Assembly: GCA_037443365.1 (NCBI GenBank)
Contig: JBBIOM010000004.1
Coordinates: 1 to 64,000, forward strand
DNA: 64,000 bases
DNA from: Armatimonadota bacterium
GTDB lineage: Bacteria; Sysuimicrobiota; Sysuimicrobiia; Sysuimicrobiales; Humicultoraceae
Direction of reading: 5' to 3'
This document shows, in pieces, positions 32,019 through 41,091 of this stretch. The position numbers were made by a program, and so were the translations under genes. The first letter of the stretch is position 1; every line of letters starts with the position of its first letter. The notes beneath the pieces were generated by a model that ran no database searches, had not been told where the DNA came from, and was given only the letters and a program-made list of their open reading frames with translations.

Positions 32019-33545
32019 ATGTCCGCCGTAATCGAGCTCACGCAGATCACCAAGCGCTTCCCCGGCGTGCTGGCCAACGACCGCATCTCGCTGGCCGTAT
32101 CTCCCGGCGAGATCCACGCTCTCGTGGGTGAAAACGGCGCGGGCAAATCCACCCTCATGAAGATACTCTACGGGCTCTATGAGCCCGACGAGGGATGGAT
32201 AGCGATCCGTGGGAACCGTGTGACCCTCGACAGCCCCAGCCGCGCCATCACCGTCGGAATCGGGATGGTGCACCAGCACTTCATGCTCATCCCGCGCTTC
32301 ACCGTGGCCGAGAACGTGATTCTGGGATCCGAGCCGGCCCGGGCCGGCCGGTTGTCCATGAGTGAGGCGCGCAGGCGGATCCGTGCTCTCGCCGACCAGT
32401 ACGGCCTGGCCGTTGATCCGGACGCGGAGGTCGGCGCCCTGTCGGTGGGAGAGCAGCAGCGCGTGGAGATCATAAAGGTGCTCTACCGGGGCGCCGAGGT
32501 GCTAATCCTGGATGAGCCCACCGCGGTGTTGACGCCCCAAGAGGTCGACGACCTCTTCGCCAACCTTCGGCGCCTGCGCGCCGAGGGCAAGACGATCCTG
32601 TTCATCAGCCACATCCTGGAGGAGGTTCTGGACATCGCGGATCGCATCTCCGTGCTGCGGCGTGGTCGCGTCGTCGGAACGCTCGAGGCGGCGCGCGCGA
32701 CCAAGGCGCAGATCGCCGAGATGATGGTGGGGCGTCCGGTACTGATGGAACTCGATGTGCCCCCGGCCAGACCCGGGCCTGTGCGGCTCGAGGCAGCAGA
32801 CCTTGTGGTGCCAGGGTCCCGAGGCAGGATGGCGGTGCGCGGCCTGTCGTTCCAGGTCAGGGAGGGTGAGATCCTGGGCATCGCCGGGATAGAGGGGAAC
32901 GGGCAGAGCGAGCTGGTTGAGGCGCTCGTGGGATTGCGGGCCCCGTCGGGGGGACGGCTGCGGATCATGGGCGAGGACATGACTCAGGCAGGGCCGCGCT
33001 CGATCAGGATGATAGGCGTGGCCCACATACCCGAGGACAGGCACCGACGCGGCCTGGTCCTGCCCATGGAGGTGTGGGAGAACCTGATCCTGGGACACCA
33101 CTTCCGGCCGGAGTTCGGGGAAGGGATGCTGCTGGATCGCGGCGCGATCGAGGGCTTCGCACGCGAGCGCGTGGATCGGTTCGATGTGCGCACACCCTCG
33201 CTTCGAACCCTGGCGCTGGCACTCTCAGGGGGCAACCAGCAGAAGGTGATCGTGGCGCGCGAGTTCGGTTTCGCACCGTCTGTGCTGATCGCCGCCCAGC
33301 CCACGCGGGGCCTCGACATAGGCGCCACCGAGTTCGTGCGGCGCCAGATCCTCGCGGCCCGTGAGGCCGGGATGGCCGTGGTCCTGGTCTCGGCGATGCT
33401 GGAGGAGGTGCTCTCGCTGGCCGACCGCGTGGCGGTCATGCACGCGGGGGAGATCGTGGCCGAGTTCGCCCGGGGCGCGGCGACACCGCGCGAGATCGGC
33501 CTCTACATGACCGGCGCCCGGCGCACCCAGGAAGTGCCCGCGTGA
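32019..33545 (+). CDS. ABC transporter ATP-binding protein (tandem domains, NupA/CUT2 type)
   Basis: GENGAGKST, LDEPT, LSGGNQQK. Confidence 0.93.
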   Translation: MSAVIELTQITKRFPGVLANDRISLAVSPGEIHALVGENGAGKSTLMKILYGLYEPDEGWIAIRGNRVTLDSPSRAITVGIGMVHQHFMLIPRFTVAENVILGSEPARAGRLSMSEARRRIRALADQYGLAVDPDAEVGALSVGEQQRVEIIKVLYRGAEVLILDEPTAVLTPQEVDDLFANLRRLRAEGKTILFISHILEEVLDIADRISVLRRGRVVGTLEAARATKAQIAEMMVGRPVLMELDVPPARPGPVRLEAADLVVPGSRGRMAVRGLSFQVREGEILGIAGIEGNGQSELVEALVGLRAPSGGRLRIMGEDMTQAGPRSIRMIGVAHIPEDRHRRGLVLPMEVWENLILGHHFRPEFGEGMLLDRGAIEGFARERVDRFDVRTPSLRTLALALSGGNQQKVIVAREFGFAPSVLIAAQPTRGLDIGATEFVRRQILAAREAGMAVVLVSAMLEEVLSLADRVAVMHAGEIVAEFARGAATPREIGLYMTGARRTQEVPA

Positions 33546-34684
33546 GCGCGCAGGTTCGCCTGGGACTGCTGCAGGCCGCCGCCCCACTGCTGGCGATCGC
33601 GTTTGGCGCGCTGGTCGCCTCGGGGATAATCCTGGCGATCGGCGAAGACCCGCTCGAAGTCTATGCCCTGATGCTGCGATTCAACCTGACCCGGTCTGAC
33701 AGCGTGGCCGCGATCCTCTTCAAGGCGACCGCGCTGACATTCGCGGGCCTGGCCGTGGCCCTCGCGTTTCGCGCCAACCTGTGGAACATCGGGGTGGAGG
33801 GGCAGTACGCGGTGGGAGCGTTCGCGGCGGCGCTGGTGGCGTTTGGGGTTAACGGGCTGCCCGCCTTCATCCATCTTCCCCTGGCGATCCTGGCCGGCGT
33901 GGCGGGAGGGGCGATCTGGGCGCTGCTTCCAATCGTGCTGAAGCTCAGGCGCGGCGCGCACGAGGTCATCACCACGATCATGATGAACCACATTGCCGCG
34001 GCGCTGGTGCTGTACCTGCTCGCCGACGTCTTCCGCGACCCGACGCAGGCGGGCACGCCGCGCGTGCGCACCCCCCTGTTCCTTGACAGCGCCCGGATAC
34101 CTCCGCTGCGGCCGTTGCTACAGCAGTTCGGGATAGGAATTCCTGAGCACTCGGCGCTCAACTGGTTCCTGGTGCTGGCGGTGGTGCTGTGCCTGGCCGC
34201 GGCATATCTGCTTGCGCGCACCCGCTTCGGGTACGAGGTCCGCGCCGTGGCGCTCAACCCGCACGCGGCCGAGGCCGCCGGGGTACGCATCGCGCGCACC
34301 CAGTTCCTGATGTTCCTGGCAAGCGGCGCAACGGCCGGGCTTGTGGGGCTCTCCGACATACTCGGGTTCTTCGGGTACTTCGACATCGACTTCCCGAAGG
34401 GGCTTGGCTTTCTGGGGATCTCCGTGGCACTGCTGGCCAGAAACAACCCGATGGGAGTCGTCCCTGCGGCGCTGCTGCTGGGCTTCCTCGACCGCGGCGC
34501 GCAGGGAGTCCAGGTGTTCGCGGGGGTCCCGCGCGAGGTAATCACGATCCTGCAGGCCGTGATCATCCTGGCGATTGTAGTGGGGTACGAGTTGGTGACG
34601 CGTTACGTCCGCGCGCAGCGCAAGCGCGAGGCGGAGCGTGCGGTGGCCGCGCCGTCCGACGCGGTCATGCAGGAGGGGGGATAG
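33542..34684 (+). CDS. ABC transporter permease
   Basis: NIGVEGQ, EVITTIMMN, multiple TM helices. Confidence 0.9.
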   Translation: MSAQVRLGLLQAAAPLLAIAFGALVASGIILAIGEDPLEVYALMLRFNLTRSDSVAAILFKATALTFAGLAVALAFRANLWNIGVEGQYAVGAFAAALVAFGVNGLPAFIHLPLAILAGVAGGAIWALLPIVLKLRRGAHEVITTIMMNHIAAALVLYLLADVFRDPTQAGTPRVRTPLFLDSARIPPLRPLLQQFGIGIPEHSALNWFLVLAVVLCLAAAYLLARTRFGYEVRAVALNPHAAEAAGVRIARTQFLMFLASGATAGLVGLSDILGFFGYFDIDFPKGLGFLGISVALLARNNPMGVVPAALLLGFLDRGAQGVQVFAGVPREVITILQAVIILAIVVGYELVTRYVRAQRKREAERAVAAPSDAVMQEGG

Positions 34685-34687
34685 GCC

Positions 34688-35668
34688 GTGGAGCTGGTGG
34701 CAGCCCTCTTCAACATGGCGCTGCTGGCGTCCGCGGTCCGGCTGACAGTGCCCATACTGCTCACCGCGATGGGCGCCGTCTACTCTGAGCGCGGCGGCGT
34801 CGTGAACATCGGTCTGGAAGGCATCATGATAATGGGCACGTTCGTAGGTGCCTCGGTAACCCACGTGGTCGCGGTGTCCATCCCGGCGGCCGGGGCAGAG
34901 GCCGGCGCGGCGCAGGCGCTCGCCCCGCTGGCGGGCATGCTGGCGGCAATGGCCGCCGGCGTGGCGTTCTCGCTGATACACGCCGTTGTCGCCGTGACGT
35001 TCAGGGTGGACCAGATCATAAGCGGCGTGGTGCTGAACATGCTCGCGGTCGGGCTGGCGCGGTTCCTGAACATCCTGATCTTCGGCGTGGCCACGCAGTC
35101 GCCCGGCATCAGCGGGTTTGAGCCCGTCAGCGTACCCTTGCTGCGCGAGGTGCCGGCCCTGGCGCCGCTTGCCACCGGCATCTCGCCGGTAATCCCGCTG
35201 GCGCTGGTACTGCTGGTGCTGGGCCAGTGGGTGCTGCTGCGGACCGTCTTTGGGCTGCGCCTGCGATCCGTGGGCGAACACCCTCTGGCCGCGGACACCC
35301 TCGGGATCAACGTGGCGGTGATGCGATACGCGGGGGTGCTGATCAGCGGCGCCCTGGCCGGGCTGGCGGGCGGGTACCTCTCCATCGAACAGGGCCGGGG
35401 CTACCTGGAGGGGATGACCCAGGGGCGTGGCTTCATCGCCCTGGCCGCCATGATCTTCGGCAACTGGTGGCCGCTTGGGGCGCTGGGCGCCTCCGCGCTC
35501 TTCGGGTACTTCGACGCGCTCAGTCTGCGTGTGGTGCACACGGGGGTGCCCTACCAGTTCATCACGGTGCTGCCGCACATCGCCACCATCCTGGTGCTCG
35601 CCGGCTTCATGCGGCGGGCCGTGCCGCCGGCCGCGGACGGAATCCCGTACACCAAGGAAGAGGCGTAG
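34688..35668 (+). CDS. ABC transporter permease
   Basis: ERGGVVNIGLEG, GEHPLAADTLG, GRGFIALAAMIFGNW. Confidence 0.9.
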   Translation: MELVAALFNMALLASAVRLTVPILLTAMGAVYSERGGVVNIGLEGIMIMGTFVGASVTHVVAVSIPAAGAEAGAAQALAPLAGMLAAMAAGVAFSLIHAVVAVTFRVDQIISGVVLNMLAVGLARFLNILIFGVATQSPGISGFEPVSVPLLREVPALAPLATGISPVIPLALVLLVLGQWVLLRTVFGLRLRSVGEHPLAADTLGINVAVMRYAGVLISGALAGLAGGYLSIEQGRGYLEGMTQGRGFIALAAMIFGNWWPLGALGASALFGYFDALSLRVVHTGVPYQFITVLPHIATILVLAGFMRRAVPPAADGIPYTKEEA

Positions 35669-35672
35669 GGGC

Positions 35673-36509
35673 GTGATCCGCATCCGCGCGTACGGCCCCG
35701 TGACCCAGATACGCATGGCCCGGGCCGTGGCCGGGCGGCCGCTCTACTGGACTTGCGCCTACCATGTGGACGGTCTGCTGATCGATACGGGTTGCCGGCG
35801 CACCGCCGGTGAACTGGTCGCCGCCCTCGCCGGATACGAGGTGACGCAGGTTGTCAACACGCACCACCACGAGGATCACGTCGGGGGGAACGCCGCGGTA
35901 GAAGCGCGCTTCGGCATCCGGGCGCGGATTCACCCGCTCGGGACCGAGCGGCTTCGCTACCCTGGGACAGAACTGCCGCTCTATCGGTGGTTTGTGTGGG
36001 GAAGGCCGACCCCGTACGATCCCGCGCCCCTGGGCGAGCGTGTCGCAACCGGGCGGTACGCCTTCCGCGTCATTCATGCGCCCGGTCACAGCGACGACCA
36101 GGTGGTGCTGTTCGAGGAGCGCACGGGCTGGCTGTTTGGCGCCGACGCCTACCTTGGTCAGCGGGTCATGTACCTGCGGCGGGACGAGCGGCTGCATGAG
36201 AGCCTCGAATCGCTGCGCAGGATCGCCGCGCTTCCGATAAGCAGGCTGTTCTGCGGCCTGGGCGCGGTCTGTGACGACGGTCCGGCGGCTCTGCGCGGCA
36301 AGATCGCCTTCTGGGAGGAGATCTGCCAGCGCGCAGGAGAACTGCACGCCGCCGGCAGATCGGCGGGAGAGATTCGCCGCGCCCTTCTGGGGGCTGAGGG
36401 ATTCCTGAACTGGGTCAGCGCCGGGGACTTCGCCAAGCAGCATCTGGTGAACCAGGCGCTCCTGCAGGACTGCGGGGCTTGCCCCGGGGGCAGGGACGCG
36501 CGGGCCTGA
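35673..36509 (+). CDS. metallo-beta-lactamase-fold hydrolase
   Basis: LIDTG, THHHEDHVG, APGHSDD. Confidence 0.88.
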   Translation: MIRIRAYGPVTQIRMARAVAGRPLYWTCAYHVDGLLIDTGCRRTAGELVAALAGYEVTQVVNTHHHEDHVGGNAAVEARFGIRARIHPLGTERLRYPGTELPLYRWFVWGRPTPYDPAPLGERVATGRYAFRVIHAPGHSDDQVVLFEERTGWLFGADAYLGQRVMYLRRDERLHESLESLRRIAALPISRLFCGLGAVCDDGPAALRGKIAFWEEICQRAGELHAAGRSAGEIRRALLGAEGFLNWVSAGDFAKQHLVNQALLQDCGACPGGRDARA

Positions 36510-36529
36510 GCGGGAACAACACGGGTGTC

Positions 36530-37348
36530 GTGAGAACGCCGACACCGCCGCAGGACCGATCCAGGGCCGCCAGCATCGGCGCCACGCTCCGATCGGCGCG
36601 CGGGGCGCGCGGTATCTCACTGGACGAGCTGCATGCGCGCACGAAGATCAGCGTCGCCCACCTCGCGGCGCTCGAGGAAGGTCGCCTCGACGCGCTACCT
36701 CCGTTGGCGTTCTCGAGGGGCTTCCTTCGCACGGTGGCCCGTGAGCTGGGCGTAGATCCCGAGCCGCTGGTCAGAGACCTTGTCGCGATCATGCCGGCGG
36801 CGGATGCGGAGCCCGCGGAGGCCATGCAGCGCCTGGGGTCGCCCATCGTCCAGGGTACAGCGGCCTCGCCCCTCAGGCGGCGGATCACCTTCCTGGCAAT
36901 CCTGGTAATCCTTGTCCTGACCTCGGCGGTGGCTCTGCTCACGCGCCAGATCTGGGAGTTCGCGCAGCCCGTGCCTGCCAAGGGCCCTCCCTCGGCGACG
37001 GCGACGCCCGAGGCTGCGGTGCCATCGCCGGCTCCACTCCCATCCCAGGTTCCTGCCCCGCGCGAGGAACGGGTGCCACCGGGCGCGCCGCGCACGCGAG
37101 AGGATGTGACGATCGAGGTGCGTGCCTCGGGCCGATCGTGGCTGCTGGTTCGGACCGGGGAAAACCGCCTGTTCGAGGGGTTCATCAGCGCCGGGCAGGT
37201 GATGCGGTGGGTAAGCCCGGCCCAGATAACGCTGCGCGCGGGCAACGCCGGTGCCTTGACCGTGATCGCGAACGGCAACGCGCTAGGGGTCTACGGACGC
37301 CTGGGCGAGGTCGTGGAGCGCACTTTTCGACCAGGCGCAGCGCCTTGA
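36530..37348 (+). CDS. rodZ: RodZ-like protein (HTH + TM + DUF4115)
   Basis: IGATLRSAR...LAALEEG HTH, single TM, LRAGNAGAL C-terminal domain. Confidence 0.85.
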   Translation: MRTPTPPQDRSRAASIGATLRSARGARGISLDELHARTKISVAHLAALEEGRLDALPPLAFSRGFLRTVARELGVDPEPLVRDLVAIMPAADAEPAEAMQRLGSPIVQGTAASPLRRRITFLAILVILVLTSAVALLTRQIWEFAQPVPAKGPPSATATPEAAVPSPAPLPSQVPAPREERVPPGAPRTREDVTIEVRASGRSWLLVRTGENRLFEGFISAGQVMRWVSPAQITLRAGNAGALTVIANGNALGVYGRLGEVVERTFRPGAAP

Positions 37349-37367
37349 GGGGTTCCTGCTGCAAACC

Positions 37368-38606
37368 ATGCGCGCCGAACTGATATCTGTCGGCACCGAA
37401 TTGCTCCTCGGGCAGATCACCGACACAAACGCGGCCTACCTGGCCAGGCTGCTGGCCGCGTGGGGTGTGGATGTGCTCGCGAAGCAGACAGTGGGCGACA
37501 ACCTCAACCGTGTCCGGGAGGCGGTGGAACTCGCGCTGTCGCGCTCGGACCTGGTGATCACGACCGGAGGCCTGGGGCCGACCGAAGACGACTTGACGGG
37601 TGAGGCAGTGGCTCTCGCCGCGGGCCTGCCGCTGGTCCACCACCAGGAGACAGCCGATCGCATCGTCGAGTTCTTCGCCCGGCGGGGCCGGAGGGCCGTG
37701 GACTCGGTCTTCCGGCAGGCCAGAATCCCGTCAGGGGCTCGCGTCGTCCCGAACCGAAGGGGCACGGCGCCCGGGCTCGTTGTCCCGATTGGGCGCCAGG
37801 TGGTCTTCATGTTCCCGGGCGTGCCCGCGGAGATGGAGCAACTGGTCGCTGACGGGCTGGTGCCCTGGCTAACCGAGCACGCCGGAGACCAGGTCATACG
37901 GTCGCGCGTGCTGCGCGTCGTCGGCATGGGTGAGTCGCTGGTCGAGGAACGCGTTCGCGACCTCATCCACGGCGACAACCCGACCGTAGCGCCGCTCGCC
38001 AAGCTGGGTGAGGTTCAACTTCGAATCACGGCCAAGGGACGGCCCGCGGCCGTCGAGGAGATGATAGACCGGGTCGAGGCGTGTCTGCGTGAACGGCTGG
38101 GGGACGCGGTTGTGGGCGCGGACGACGAGACGCTCCCGGGGGCGGCGGCCCGTCTCTTGATCGCGAGCGGGCTCACGCTGGCGGTGGCCGAATCATGCAC
38201 CGCGGGCCTCCTGACCGCGCGCCTGACCGAGACCCCGGGCAGCTCGGCGTTCCTGCTAGCGGGATTCGTCGCCTACAGCAACGAGGCCAAGGTGCGGGAT
38301 CTCGGCGTGCCGCCCGACACGATTGTGGCACACGGCGCGGTCAGCGCCGAGGTTGCCAGGGCGATGGCCCAGGGTGCGCGAGCCCGGACAGGCGCCAGCA
38401 TCGGCGTGGCGATCACCGGAGTTGCCGGCCCTGATGGAGGCACGCCTGCCAAGCCCGTTGGACTGGTGCACCTCGCGCTGGCCACGGAGACCTGCACGCG
38501 CAGCGAGGAGTGGCGGTTCAGCGGCGAGGCCGGGAGGGCCGGGGTGCGCCACCTGGCCGCGCAGGCAGCGCTCAACTTGCTAAGGCTTCACCTGCTTGGG
38601 CGATGA
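37368..38606 (+). CDS. cinA: competence/damage-inducible protein CinA
   Basis: VGTELLLGQITDTN, GGLGPTEDD, AESCTAG, GAVSAEVA. Confidence 0.95.
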   Translation: MRAELISVGTELLLGQITDTNAAYLARLLAAWGVDVLAKQTVGDNLNRVREAVELALSRSDLVITTGGLGPTEDDLTGEAVALAAGLPLVHHQETADRIVEFFARRGRRAVDSVFRQARIPSGARVVPNRRGTAPGLVVPIGRQVVFMFPGVPAEMEQLVADGLVPWLTEHAGDQVIRSRVLRVVGMGESLVEERVRDLIHGDNPTVAPLAKLGEVQLRITAKGRPAAVEEMIDRVEACLRERLGDAVVGADDETLPGAAARLLIASGLTLAVAESCTAGLLTARLTETPGSSAFLLAGFVAYSNEAKVRDLGVPPDTIVAHGAVSAEVARAMAQGARARTGASIGVAITGVAGPDGGTPAKPVGLVHLALATETCTRSEEWRFSGEAGRAGVRHLAAQAALNLLRLHLLGR

Positions 38607-39193
38607 CACTTCACCGCACCTTCATCGCGGTCGAGCTTAGCGCCGAGGCCCGGCGCCTGGCGGCGGGGGCCCAGGAGCGGCTGCGCGCTGCCGGGGCCGC
38701 GCTGCGGTGGGTGCGTCCAGAGCTCCTGCACTACACCCTGTGCTTCCTGGGCGAGATACCGGCTGCGCAGGTGGCCCGTGCGGTTGTCGCGACGCGCGCG
38801 GCCGCAGTCGGCGTGGCCCCGTTCTCGGTGACGATCGGGGGCCTGGGCGCGTTTCCCAGCCTGGCCAGACCGCAGGTCGTTTGGCTCGGGTGCACGGAGG
38901 GGGCCATGGCCCTGGAGAACCTGGCTGGCCGGGTAAGGGCCGCGTTGAGCAGGGACCGAATCCCCATGGACTCCAGGCCGTTCCGGCCTCACCTGACACT
39001 GGGCCGCGCGAAGGACGACCGCCAGTGGGGGGACATCGTACGGGCGATCGGCGCGCACCGCGACATCGCCATCGGCCTCGAGTGGATCAGGACGGTCACG
39101 GTGATGGAGAGCCGCCTGACACCCCAGGGTCCGGTCTACACGCCACGGGAGCAGGTTCATCTGGGCCACGGATTGAATTCCAGGGAGGGCTAG
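38603..39193 (+). CDS. thpR: RNA 2',3'-cyclic phosphodiesterase (2H family)
   Basis: [14 protein letters not shown] and HLTLGR motifs. Confidence 0.9.
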   Translation: MTLHRTFIAVELSAEARRLAAGAQERLRAAGAALRWVRPELLHYTLCFLGEIPAAQVARAVVATRAAAVGVAPFSVTIGGLGAFPSLARPQVVWLGCTEGAMALENLAGRVRAALSRDRIPMDSRPFRPHLTLGRAKDDRQWGDIVRAIGAHRDIAIGLEWIRTVTVMESRLTPQGPVYTPREQVHLGHGLNSREG

Positions 39194-39238
39194 GCACCAA
39201 ATCTGGTACATCGGCACGCCCTGATTGTCTTTGCAGGA

Positions 39239-39267
39239 TTGACAAGCGAACATTTGTTTGGTATTCT
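39239..39267 (+). promoter_or_regulatory. recA promoter with LexA (SOS) box in the spacer
   Basis: TTGACA-17 nt-TATTCT; CGAACATTTGTTTG matches the Gram-positive GAAC-N4-GTTY box (39248-39259). Confidence 0.85.
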
Positions 39268-39297
39268 CAAGGCGTCGCGGTCGGGAGGTCGCACGAG

Positions 39298-40398
39298 ATG
39301 ACTGAGCGTCAGCGGGCATTGGACCTGGCCCTCTCCCAGATTGAGAAGCAGTTTGGCAAGGGCTCCATCATGAAGTTGGGCGAGGCCGGCGCGAGACTCC
39401 AGGTCGAGGTCATTCCAACCGGGGCGCTCAGTTTGGACCTGGCCCTGGGCGTCGGCGGGGTTCCAAGGGGGCGCGTGGTCGAGATCTACGGCCCCGAGGC
39501 ATCGGGCAAGACCACGCTCGGCTACCACATCATCGCGGAGGCGCAGCGTGAGGGGGGCGTGGCCGCGTTCATAGACGCCGAGCACGCGCTCGATCCGTCC
39601 TACGCCAAGGCGGTGGGGGTGGACGTGGACAACCTGATCCTCTCGCAGCCCGACAGCGGGGAGCAGGCCCTGGAGATAGCCGAGACCCTCGTGCGCAGCG
39701 GCGCCGTGGACGTCGTGGTCGTGGACTCGGTGGCGGCGCTGGTGCCGCGTGCCGAGCTCGAGGGCGAGATGGGCGACGCGCACGTGGGACTGCAGGCGCG
39801 CCTCATGTCACAGGCCCTGCGCAAGCTGGTCGGCACGATCAGCCGGTCGCGCACGATAGTCGTCTTCATCAACCAGATCCGCGAGAAGATCGGCGTCATG
39901 TTCGGCAACCCGGAGACAACGACGGGCGGCAGGGCGCTCAAGTTCTACTCGTCGGTCCGCATGGAAATCCGCAAGATCGAGAACATCAAGAGCGGGGACG
40001 AGGTCCGGGGGATGCGGGCGCGTGTCAAGGTCGTCAAGAACAAGGTCGCGCCTCCGTTTCGCGATGCGGAGGTGGACATCTACTACGGTCACGGGATCTC
40101 GCGCAGCGCCAGCATTTTGGATGTGGCCACGGCGGTAGGGTTGGTGCAGCGCACCGGGGCCTGGTTCACATACGGCGACCTGCGCCTGGGGCAGGGGCGC
40201 GACAACGCGCGCGAGTTCCTTGACAGCAACGCCGAGGTGGCCAACGAGATAGACCGCCGCGTACGCGAGGCGCGCGGGCTGGTTCGCGGGGGCGAGGCGA
40301 CCGCGGCTCCGACAGCCGACCCTGAGGCCCGTCGAGTGCAGGCCGCGGCGCGCCCCGCTCCACCAGCGCGTCCTGCCACCGCGAAGCCCCGGGGGTAG
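39298..40398 (+). CDS. recA: recombinase RecA
   Basis: [42 protein letters not shown]. Confidence 0.98.
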   Translation: MTERQRALDLALSQIEKQFGKGSIMKLGEAGARLQVEVIPTGALSLDLALGVGGVPRGRVVEIYGPEASGKTTLGYHIIAEAQREGGVAAFIDAEHALDPSYAKAVGVDVDNLILSQPDSGEQALEIAETLVRSGAVDVVVVDSVAALVPRAELEGEMGDAHVGLQARLMSQALRKLVGTISRSRTIVVFINQIREKIGVMFGNPETTTGGRALKFYSSVRMEIRKIENIKSGDEVRGMRARVKVVKNKVAPPFRDAEVDIYYGHGISRSASILDVATAVGLVQRTGAWFTYGDLRLGQGRDNAREFLDSNAEVANEIDRRVREARGLVRGGEATAAPTADPEARRVQAAARPAPPARPATAKPRG

Positions 40399-40416
40399 GC
40401 GACGGAGTCCGGGCCC

Positions 40417-41091
40417 GTGGATGAGGCCGCGAGCCCGCGCGTATCGCGCGTGCGCACGTGCGCACGCGACGCAGGCATCCGGCAGGTGGAGATCCAGGGT
40501 CTGGGACGGATCCGCATAGACGCCCGAACCGCTGACGCGCTCGGCCTGGTCGAGGGCCGAGTCCTCGCACCAGACGAGGTCACGCGTCTTGTCGAGAGTT
40601 CAGGGCGCCTGAGGGCACGGGAGGTGGCCCTGGGCCTGCTGCGTCGCAGGCTGCGCAGCAGGGCCGAGCTGGAGATCGCGCTGCGGCGCCGCGGTGTGGC
40701 GCGCAAGGAGGCGCTGGCCGTCATCGGAGATCTGGCGCGATCGGGGTGGATAGATGATGCCCGGTTTGCGCGCGCCTGGATCGCCGACCGCATGGCCCTG
40801 CGCCCGGGCGGCGCGCGCAGGCTGAAGGCGGAACTACTGGCGCGCGGCGTGGCGCAGGCGGTGATCGCCGAGGCGCTCGCGGACCGGTTGTCGCCTGAGC
40901 AGGAGGAGGCCCTGGCCACCCGCCAGGCTCAGGAACGTCAGCGACGCCTCCGGGGGCTGCCCCCGCACGTGGCGCAGAGGCGCCTTGCGGCGTGGTTGGG
41001 GCGCCGCGGCTACTCGCCCGGCACCATAGCCAGCGCCCTGCGAAAGGCGGGACGCCCGGACGCGGGCGACCCTGATAGCGATACCCCATGA
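40417..41091 (+). CDS. recX: regulatory protein RecX
   Basis: RSRAELE, GWIDDARFA, LGRRGYS; follows recA. Confidence 0.88.
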   Translation: MDEAASPRVSRVRTCARDAGIRQVEIQGLGRIRIDARTADALGLVEGRVLAPDEVTRLVESSGRLRAREVALGLLRRRLRSRAELEIALRRRGVARKEALAVIGDLARSGWIDDARFARAWIADRMALRPGGARRLKAELLARGVAQAVIAEALADRLSPEQEEALATRQAQERQRRLRGLPPHVAQRRLAAWLGRRGYSPGTIASALRKAGRPDAGDPDSDTP